A stretch of 55,810 nt of DNA, filler included, from Platydemus manokwari (lineage: Eukaryota), in the NCBI GenBank assembly GCA_037951405.1. It is 4 parts of 4 records of this genome, joined end to end, with 100 filler letters (N's around TTAATTAATTAA, not from the genome) between each part and the next. Parts side by side here need not be neighbours in the genome. Positions count along the whole stretch, not along the records: positions 40,716 to 55,810 come from JBBMOY011351426.1; 3 more parts are not named here. One strand, 5' to 3'. Shown in pieces: positions 41,445-51,290 of this stretch (position 1 is the first letter of the stretch; every line of letters begins with the position of its first letter). A model generated the notes under the pieces. That model was not told where the DNA came from. It ran no database searches and worked only from the letters and a program-made list of their open reading frames with translations. The translations under genes and the position numbers were made by a program.

Positions 41445-44400
41445 ATAACAGCGGCTCATGGGGAAGTGGGGGATTGTTTTCATTGTTTGATCAAATAAAT
41501 CCCAACCTATCGATTGAATATTTGAAAGCCAGTGAAATGGAAAATCTCAAGCTAGGCGATTGTCATATGTTTCCATTGAAACCAAATATTCAAGTATATA
41601 TTTTGGAAATAATAATAATAGTAGATGTTCTAGTTATCAGGTTGTGTTAATGGTTGCTCAATCAAGAGATGATAATGGCCGTATATCACCAGTGAGAATG
41701 AACCATTTGGAAACATGTTTTATTACAATTCGAAAATATGCTATCGATAAAAATGGTTAGTTAATGAATATTTTGATAATTAGAATCATTATTATTATTA
41801 TCATTATTATTATTATTCATTATTATTTATTATTGTTATTTATTATTATTATTCATTATTATTATTGTTATTATATATTACTATTATTATCATTATTTAT
41901 TATTATTATTGTTATTGTTATTTATTATTATTATTATTCATTATTATAATTGTTATTCATTATTATTATACATTATTATTATTATTGTTAATATTATATG
42001 TTATTATTTTTATTATTATTATATTAATAATTATCAATTACTTAAGGTCATTACTATACATATGCATGTAACTTATCTCACTAACAATTCTTGTAAGACC
42101 TCCACTGGTATACCGATTTTCTTGGTCATTCTTACTCTTGATTATTTGTTTGGATCAATTCAATTATTCGCTGATTGGTAGATTTGAATCTATAGCTAAT
42201 TTTCCAAATAGCCGCACACATTTATTCTAATTCCAAATTGATTTCAAATCAGCATAACCCTTGCACACATATATTTTTACTTCACATGTAACTTCATCGT
42301 TCTCTTCTGATGAATAAATGAGCCCCATAAGTGCTTATTAATTTATATAAATAATTAATTTGTTTATGAATTAATAATAATTATTTTATTAATTAAATGA
42401 ATTAAATTTATTATTGTCATCATTATTTTCGATTACCCCTTTAAGGGGCCAGTGGTATTTAATAAAATATTAAACAAATTTCTTAAAACGCTGAGACATA
42501 GAATTGATATTTGACGTTTTCAGCTTCAATTCATTTGACACGACTGGGATATAAAACCCCTCAATTCAATTGGTATGGAATAGAAAAACTTATTGAAAAA
42601 CATTTTACCGAAAAGGGTGTGCCAACATTCATGTGAGTTTGATTTTATTAATTTCATTTGTTTTGTTATGTAAATATTTTATAGTTATTCTGATGAGATT
42701 TTATTTCGTTGTAAATTATTTATCTCTTGATACAATTTTCAATGTGCTTCATTGATATTTTGTTGAAGTTTATTTTGATTTTTTCTAGAAATTTCTCGGT
42801 TTTGTTGTTTTTATTTTTTCATTATATCATACGGAGGTTATAATCAGTTGCTAAGAGACCCGTGAAAATAGATGTTTAGATCGATTTTAGAATATTCATA
42901 TTGTTTTAAATTTCAATTCACAGAAAACTGTGAAAAATTGAAGCGGGGCTGGTGGATCAAACGAGTTCTGCTTGCAAGGGTCCGATTATTATTTTCATAA
43001 TATTCTGCATTATCGTAAAACTTATGTTATTTTAAATAAAATTAAACAAGAACAGAAACAAAAATAGCAATGCAAGTATGTAAACACACACACACACATA
43101 TATTGCCTCTTCAGAAAGTGGTGTATAAAATCGTCAGTCAGTTAATTTGAAACCGTTTAATTTAATGATGAACTCTAATGTAACTTTGTCGCTGTTTTAG
43201 TAAGTTATTGGATGATTGTAAATTAACAAGCTGCCATAAAATCAAATTGTTTTCCCATTTCGTTTTAATTGAATGAGGGTCTCCGATCAATTAAATGGGT
43301 CACGCTCGATATTGTTTTCCTTGAGGTCCCTATGTTGGACTACAATTATGACATAAACTGAGTGTTTGTCAAACAAGAATGTTCATTTTATTCTTATTAT
43401 ATAGTTTCTTGTCCTATATAAATGTCATCATTTATATATTATTGATTACTTCTATAATTTAAATAGAATTTACCAGCATAAAATAAGGATCGCAGCCTTT
43501 ATAAAATAGATTCACATCAAATTGAGATTTTATTTGAATTCAAACTACACATTTCAGGAATATTTCTGTTTACTTCATATACAAACTAGATGCAATTATT
43601 ATCGATATTATTTTTTGCAGCTATTATTTTCGTCGGGGATTAATGAGTTCCAATTCAAATGTCAGCAATAAGAGTAATTTGTGATTGATTGTCGACCTAT
43701 AATCTATTATCTATCTGTCCAGAATTATCCGACACTTATTGGAGATCTATATTGACCAATGTTGTCGTTTATTTCGACAAATCTGTCAGTAAGGACATTG
43801 TCCACCTCTTGACGAGGCACGTTTATGCATATCCTTTTATCGATAATTTCCTTGAAAAATGAAAGAATTCTTTGAATTATTAAATAATTTTTAATGCAGC
43901 ATTAATAATAAATGAAAAAAAATCAATATTTAATTCGCATAAACAAAAATCTGCACGACGCGGTTGAAAAGAACTGTCACGTCGACTTAAATCGATTTTC
44001 AATTTTTGGCCTTTTAAATTAGTTGACTGAGAACAGATAAAATATTTCGGTTCTGCAATGTGATTCTAAATTGATATTTATTATCAAAACGATTTTCTAG
44101 ATCAGGGCCTACTAACTCAAAGAGGTGTTCTAATAATAACGACAGTTTTATTTTTCAAAATTTCCTATAATTGTGGTCGCTATATCTGTAATTTAAAATT
44201 TCCGGACTTTTCATTGATATTGTTTATCTCGTTTGTAAGTGTTCGTGGAAAATATATTTCGAAATTCATTAATAATTCAGAAAAAAATATGCTCAAATTA
44301 CGGTATGGGTGCCAAATAACAATTTTTTGATCATCACAATTTAAGATTACCCTATGTAAAATCAATGACCTGTGTATCCATGGAAATCGTATATGATGTA

Positions 44401-45033
44401 TTAAGCAAGAATCAGAAGTAGTATAGAAATAAAATTTAAAAAATAATTTTTGGTTTGAAAAATGAGCTTACGTTGTCATCCATTATCACGGGACATTTTT
44501 GTGTAGTATTGGAATTACGTGCGGCTTAATTCCGCTCTACAAGAAGATCCCGATATAAAGTGGTTCAAATCATTTTCAAAATGATTTTCATCTGAGATAC
44601 TATCTATCCGAATATTCGTTATTATATAATAAATAACGATTAATTTTATTAAATCTCTTAATTGTTTTATAACGATTATGACAAAAGTTTCGCGAGAATG
44701 AGATAATAATCTAGATATCAACGTTATTGGACATGGTTTGAATCCCATTGAAATATTTAATTATTGAATCCATAATATTATTGATAATTTTATTATTAAT
44801 CATTATTTTAATAAATTACTTTAATATTTTTCTTAACCCATTTATATACTCTTGATGGTGAAGTGACAGATAATCCAATGAATGATACAATAACTCATAT
44901 CTTAATAAATGATAATGATCAGTTATCATTTAATAGAGAATCATTCCATCAAGCAATTTATTTGAAGCTAAGTTGGTTGAGAGAATGTATTCGAAAAAAT
45001 ATGATGGTTCCAGAAATAAATTTTATACTTTAA
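41445..45033 (+). CDS. CHD1L: CHD1L/ALC1 chromatin remodeller, 3' exons: macrodomain plus C-terminal BRCT (partial)
   Basis: Exons 41445-41593 (DNSGSWGSGGLF..KASEMENLKLGD), 41641-41755 (VVLMVAQSRD), 42524-42632 (ASIHLTRLGYKTPQFNWYGIEKLIEKHFTEKGVPTFI), 43621-43673 (YYFRRG), 43723-43828 and 44850-45033 (BRCT). The first four match the ALC1 macrodomain motifs DDSGxWGxGGLF, VAQxRD and SVHLPRIG..FNWYGTERLI..GIPTYIYYF. Confidence 0.9.
41780..42035. repeat. (ATT)n low-complexity tract
   Basis: Long imperfect ATT/TAT trinucleotide array inside a CHD1L intron. Confidence 0.9.
42065..42335 (-). mobile_element. Possible RTE-type LINE remnant in a CHD1L intron
   Basis: The minus strand gives DEVTCEVKIYVCKGYADLKSIWN*NKCVRLFGKLAI, reminiscent of the post-RT segment (..EI..RI.KA...F..L..IW.....L..K) of RTE LINEs. 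It is short and contains stops. Confidence 0.35.
43829..44849 (+). other. U12-type (minor spliceosome) AT-AC intron
   Basis: The 5' splice site is ATATCCTTTT at 43829, the branch site TTCTTAAC is at 44830-44837, and the terminal AC is at 44848-44849. The phase-2 join GC|T restores HVYA-LDGEV of the BRCT domain. Confidence 0.88.
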
Positions 45034-46112
45034 TAGTTGTTTTTATTTATGAATTTATTATGTTGATTTTTGTGCCTATGATATTTTATATCAAATTCTT
45101 GGTGAGATTGATTGATCCTATATACTCACTTATTTATCAAATTTTATTGTTGATTTCTAGATTTTTATTATAAAAAAATTGACGAGTTTTGTTCTACTTG
45201 AACTGTGATAAAATTATAAATGGGAAATGTGTTGATGTTGATTGATAAATCATTGTTTCATTGTGGTATAAAGCTTTATTGACTTTATCATATGATTTTT
45301 TTTGTTTTTATTTAATATCAATGGAAATCAAGCGATACAGTATAAATAATTATTTTCAAATAATTTTACACAAACTATATGAAAACATCAAACCCACGAT
45401 GAAGTGTAAAATTTCATTTTCTCAAACGTGTGCCATATAACCCTATCGATTCAAGTGTTGTGTAAGGAATTATATTGTGGTTCCGCAAGTTGTTCGTATA
45501 GAATGATTTTGAATACTTTGAGTATCAAACGGGAAATTTTTAAATTTTGTAATAAATCTTTGCTTCTTAACCATCACTATAAGGTTATTTAGTACATTGA
45601 AATCTTGTGAAATAATCTGGGTGTGTATAGTTCTACATTATAGCATGCGTGAACATGGATGATCATTTCTTCGACAAATAATGTAAAGGCCTGTATTATA
45701 CAATGATGATAGCATTAAATATTGAAGAATACCGAAATTCAGAAAAATTATTTAAATCTAATCTTTATTTTATTTATTTCTTTCAAGAAAACGACATTGT
45801 TACTGATTAACATCACATCTCAACTGTTATATCAAATACACCCGTAATCAATTGTATCGGAAAACGTTTTGTTTCCGTGCACATTGACATCTTTACTCAA
45901 CTCTGTAGCAATATCGGGTATTAAATAATTATTACAACAAAATGAAATTACTCCAATAATGATAATTATAAATCTAACATTAAAAAACAACAACTAATAA
46001 AACTCCATTAAAAATACTTGAATTAACAACCATTTAGTTAAAAATGAAGATATAAAATTGTAAATCATATTTAATAGTGAGTTTTAAATCACATTTCTCT
46101 ATTTAATTGGAG

Positions 46113-46157
46113 TGTTGGGTGAGATGAAATTCTGCAAAAAGAAAAACGAAATTGCAC
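46113..46157 (+). repeat. Dispersed LTR-like repeat, copy 2 (5' fragment)
   Basis: Starts TGTTGGGTGAGATGAAATT, with 39-bp identity to the reverse complement of 5181-5219. Confidence 0.7.
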
Positions 46158-46159
46158 CT

Positions 46160-46570
46160 GGAACCCTTGTTTTGGCGCTTTGAACATTCACAGGTCAAAA
46201 TACAATTAATTGAAAATTAGCTAGAACCCCTTTTAACATTAGAAGGAATTGGAATGCTACATAATATTTTTAGAGTTGTTTTACATAAAGTGACTTGGAC
46301 ATCATTGAGGATTGCCAAGAACTAGGTACTTGTATTTTATCTCAAAATAAGCATATCAATTTCTATTTAGTAGATTTGATGCATAGATCCAAAACATGTC
46401 GATTCTGTAATGAAATGAAGATATCATCCAAATCAAATAAATACTATGGGTGGAGACGCCACAAATGTATAAGAAGTTTCGGAATTCGAATAAGGACTTG
46501 GTTCAACAAATTCGGCCTTGTCTCTTCGAAATTCTGAACAAGATATTTGTGGTGCACTGGAATAACACAA
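46160..46570 (+). mobile_element. Possible Merlin (IS1595-like) transposon remnant
   Basis: ORF 46295-46537 contains CRFCNEMKI..YGWRRHKC..GIRIRTWF, resembling the CxxC..M....GxxWRC..C..SIRxxTWF N-terminus of Merlin transposases. It begins where LTR-like copy 2 breaks off (GGAACCC at 46160). No DDE core was seen. Confidence 0.45.
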
Positions 46571-48513
46571 AAGGTTTATAAGTAAAAATGACCTCGATAA
46601 GTTAACCGACATTCAGCAAGTGGTGACAAACTTTATTAAAACAAAGGAATTAAAAAAAATTTATTAATGTACTAAATTTTTGGATCCCGTGCATGGAAAT
46701 TAATTCGAGGCCAAATAATCGTAGAAATTGATAAGAGCCATTTTGCACGGGGCCAAATATATTAGCGGTATTTGAGTTATTGAAAGACTGGGGAGAAATA
46801 TTAAGAAAGAATCCCCAACGAAAGCGCAATGACTCTAAAAGCAATGAATACAAGTTAAATAGAAATTTTTTATTTAAAATTATGCTTTTATTTAATTGAG
46901 TTTGTGAAGCTATGATCCATAATATATACGGGTTGTTGAAGCTGGTTTTTCCTCTTTAATCTAAAAATGAATTTTATGTAAAAATAAATAAATAAATAAC
47001 CCACGAAAAATCAATACATAAAAATTGGGTCAAAGGATCCTTTTTCTTAACTTAAGCCCAATAATCAACTGGCAATAAACATCGAGATTCGACAATAGCA
47101 CGGAAAATACAAGAGAATTTGCTTATAGACCGACATTTAAGCGACTCTATCGAATGAAAAGTGAAGCTCTGAGACATTAAGTAAACACACATAATAAGCT
47201 TATATAAGGAGTTGGATTTCACTAGTATTTGCCATTCTTTTTGGTAGACAACTTCTACTCTGCGTAACTTTTACGTGATTATTCTGACATTCAGTGTTTT
47301 GGGTTGTCTTCTGCATTATTGTTTAATTTTGGATGCTGATCCCACCTTTGATTATCGATTGTTGATTTGGAGTGAGTCCGACAGTATTTAGTCATCTGTT
47401 GTGACTTAAAATTACAATTTTCAAAGTCAATTGATATCCTACCAATATGATATCTTGTTGCTTTTTTAGTAAGATACTGAACATATATGGAATTCTTATC
47501 TCCGACACAGAATGATCTTCTCTCTGTTGGAATGTAATCATAATGTTATTGTGTTCCTGGAATCAATTATCTTCGCATTATTCTTAATTGTTAATTGTGT
47601 CCTGATTCTGTATGTAGTAATTTTCCATGCAATAATAGTGAACACTGCCATTTAAGGCATCGATAAGTCACTCGTAGAAATTTCCTACTATTATTTATTT
47701 AATGAAATACATGTATGTTTTTCAAGAATGAATTTATTATGACAAAGAGATTATTATGTGATTATTTATTTATGCTGACAGAGAAATTTCCTATGATTAA
47801 ATTTATTTTCTGTGTGATAATTAATGACTGATATTTTTATGCCCTTATTTATTAAGCTTGTTAATATGTGACTATCAATTTGTTATAGTCATTTTACTGA
47901 AGTTTGTTTTAATGGGTTAGTTTATTCTAAACTAGACTTTATATATTTTAATCGAACTTTCTTCGTGGAATTTATAAAACTATTTTATAAAATATTACAA
48001 ATTTCCTTAATATAAATAATAATAATAATGATAATAATTTATCGAATGCTTTTATACATCGATACATTACAATTGTCAGATTATTGTATTTAATAAGTTC
48101 TTTTAAATGGTTCAGTCTTCAAATCCAAATAAAGTTTTCGCTGTGTAAATATGTTTCCAGTTATTTTGTCTAATTGGGTTTTTCAAATATCTGTGTTTTA
48201 TTTTACCTATTTCATCTAATTTCCTTAAAGAAAATAACTGCTTATAGTTTTGTTTTAATATACTTTTTAATAATACTTTTATAAATGTATCGATAGGATT
48301 GGCAGTGCTCAGTAATCCTTACATCGCGTGTATTTGTATGTGTGTCTGTACATGAATTCATATCAATTATTTATTGATTAATAAACTTAACTTAAAAGCT
48401 TATTCGTGTCTTACATTGGTAATATATTTATATTGATATATTAATTTCAATTCAAATTTTAAAATCCAGTTCCTTTGAATATACATTTGAGTAAAAACTT
48501 TTTACTGTAGAAA

Positions 48514-49746
48514 ATGTTCATATTATTCATGTTGGTTTTCTCGTGTCAAGCGGAAAACATTTTTGAAGGTCATCAATACAATGGAACCCATGTTCGTATT
48601 AATAATCGCACTTATTTGGTGGTGAATTGTGAATATAAAAACGATTCAAAAATCGATTCTGTAAATTTCACTGTTCCAGAAATTAATTATCGAAATATTT
48701 CCAACATTCAATCACTATTCCTCCATGAATCGGACAATAGATATGCTCGATACTCCTGTTCGAATAGCAATGTTACCTGTGATTGTTCGATAGACTGGAA
48801 AAGTGCTATTGGATATAAATGTAATTGTCCATATAAAACATCCGGCGTCAAGAAATATTTCAATGAAAGTAGCAGAAGATTTGTTAATAAATGTGAAACC
48901 TTCGAAACACTGTGCAACAAATGCCATCCCAGAAATACAGCGAAATGCTCAATCGCCAATAAGACTGAGGTTAGAATAGTGTTTTTACAATTTGCATTAT
49001 CGTCCATGAAATATTTAAAAACAAAACAAAACCATTAATAGTAATTTTCAACAACTAAAATTAGCCATACTTTTATACTCCAATAGGAATTTTAGGAATT
49101 TTTCTTTTATATTTAGCTTTCAAATCTAGGTTCGTTGTACTTGTATTACTGGTTATGATTCATCGACTATGTGCTATCAACTGTTCAATGCTTGCAACAA
49201 TCCACCTGAAGGCTCTTCGCTATCGGGCAATTCGGCATGTTTGATTCGTGACAAAAATGTGTGCATTCCATTTCTTGGTTATCAGAAATATCTTTGTCAA
49301 TGCTTTTATCCATCGAAAGAAAATGGAAATTTAGGATTTCCGAATTGTATGGGAAAAAAGGTAATTCATAACATGAGATTTAAAATTAAATAAAATGTTG
49401 AATTTCATTCATTTGTTTTAATAATAGCTTGTTGAAATTTTTTAAAAAAAAGTTGATTTAGATGGTAAGATGTGATTCAATTCTCTGTATAAATGGTGGT
49501 GTTTGTGACCCAACACCAGGTGAACGATGTATTTGTAAAAAGGGATTCTCAGGTCGTTATTGTGAAATAGTTCACTATCGATACACGGGATTGTGGGCTC
49601 TGTGGTCGTCTTGTTATCCGGATTGTGGTAATTTTGGGGTACGATCTTCTGAATCCGTATGTGATGGACCGAGTAGTATATTTTGCAGTGGTGTTATTCG
49701 GAAATGGGAGCGATGTGCAGCTATTAGTTGTGATTTAAAATTTCTG
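48514..49746 (+). CDS. Secreted or cell-surface cysteine-rich protein with EGF-like repeats and a thrombospondin type-1 repeat (3' end unresolved)
   Basis: Phase-0 exons 48514-48969, 49130-49360 and 49462-49746. Signal-peptide-like MFILFMLVFSCQA, several N-glycosylation sequons, EGF motifs (CNCP, CTCITGY, CINGGVCD..CICKKGFSGRYCE), then TSP1 WALWSSCYPDCG..GVRSSESVC. Confidence 0.85.
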
Positions 49747-49946
49747 GTGAGTACTAAAATTAATGGAGACATTTTAATTGAATATTTGTTACGCATTTTC
49801 GTTGATTTCTGTGTTGGACTTTTCCAAAATAGAATCGACATTTTCATTTTAAAATTTTTTTATTTTCAAAACAACAATTTATCTGATCCATTTTAATAAT
49901 AGCTCTCGTGGAAAGGTGACCTACCGTTTTGCAGATTTATTCATAT

Positions 49947-50200
49947 TGTTGAGTGAGTTGAAATTCTTTAAAATAAAAATGGATTTGGACATTGGAACTC
50001 TTTTTAGCACTTTAAGTATTTGCATGCTTACACAATCATACAGGCATAGCAACCAACCAATTACAGTGAAGCTTTAAGGTAAATGACAATTGGTAAAAGG
50101 ACACAGCTATAACACAATACACACATATGAGGATTGACCAATCCCACTCAAGCTCAATAGGAACATGGAGATGTAAAGATCGAATCAAAATGTGATGCAA
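49947..50200 (+). repeat. Dispersed LTR-like repeat, copy 3
   Basis: Starts TGTTGAGTGAGTTGAAATT and aligns, with divergence, to the reverse complement of 5021-5225. Confidence 0.65.
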
Positions 50201-50487
50201 TGCTTCATTTAATAATTAGCTTATTTGTTGATTTAACCTATCATCATTTCATTCTAATTCATTATCACTTATAACATGAGTTTGAAATATGCTCTAATTG
50301 AATTTTAGTTTCCAATCACCAAAAACATTTAAATTATAAAATTATTACATATTTTTATTCATAAGCACTTTTAAATAAAATTTATTACAACAAATAGCTT
50401 CAAATGAATTGCGATTAAATAAATGTTCTTCTATAGCAGCCAAGATTTCGGATTTTAAATCTGATTATGAAATCGATAAAATTAATA

Positions 50488-51290
50488 TTGGGTTGGTGCA
50501 TAAATTTTTGCGATTTTATTTGTTGCAAGGAACACACATAAACTTCTTGTTTTAACTGATTTGAGTTATATTCATTCAGCTGACTTACCTATTTAAATAA
50601 TTTTAAACTAACTTTCACTTTCATTACCCTCATTAAAATAGTGTCAGGTAGATAAAAATGAACATTTCCGCCATTTACTTCTTTTTTATTTTAATCAACA
50701 TTTAAACGCTGCGGAAACCAAGAATGATTGTTGCATTTATAGAGAAAAGGCAGCCATTGAAAAAACAGCACAAAAGTGGTTTTCGAAATTTAACAGTGTA
50801 CATTTTGATTTAAAAGATGTACCTAGGTCGACCTAGTGACTTTAATGAAGATTATTTGAACTAATAGATTCATGATGATCTACGTCAATAGACACGTGCG
50901 CTTGGACGAGCCATGGATTGTGATCACACCACTATTTCTCGACATCTCAAGAAAATGGGAAAAGTTCAAAAGCTTGGATCAAAGAAAGTCACAAAAATCA
51001 ACATGTTTCCATTTCTGCATCTTTACTCGTTCGCCATCAATCTGCTGTGCAACAACATCAATATTTTATTTCCAGGATCGTAACAGATGATGAGAAATGG
51101 AGCCTGTGTGTAAATTTGAAACAATAAAAGCTAGGGTAAGTCCTCAAAAGCAACCACAACCTCCATATTCGCTCGACTTAGCCCCAACAAATTTTCATCT
51201 TTCCTGCTTCATGTCGGACCATCTTTCTGGTCTCACTTTTGAAAACGAAGAACCAATAACAAAGTAGATTGACGAAATTTCGACCAAAAA
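50488..51290 (+). mobile_element. Decayed, internally deleted mariner transposon (cecropia/Hsmar1-like)
   Basis: TA followed by the TIR-like TTGGGTTGGTGCATAAATTTTTGCG. Transposase remnants: EHFRHLLLFYFN..NAAET, TAQKWFSKF, CDHTTISRHLKKMGKVQKLG, SRIVTDDEKW and PPYSLDLAPTNFHL (the YSPDLAP motif). The right TIR was not found. Confidence 0.88.

Noticed and set aside
41230-42181. Ile/Tyr/Leu-rich ORFs (also 7020-7235 and 11154-11363)
   Set aside because: They are translations of (ATT)n microsatellites within introns.
42685-42730. Alternative terminal CHD1L exon (YSDEILFRCKLFIS*)
   Set aside because: It is phase-compatible, but the exon at 43621 gives the conserved YYF.R motif.
44180-44748. Minus-strand ORFs inside the U12 intron (VILNCDDQKIVIWHPY, weakly mL42-like)
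   Set aside because: I could not build a consistent exon chain and the similarity is too short.
48708-49847. Minus-strand ORFs 48708-49007, 48715-48927 and 49614-49847 (similarly 38240-38485, 22074-22286, 18753-18971)
   Set aside because: They are antisense shadows of real exons or transposase sequence.
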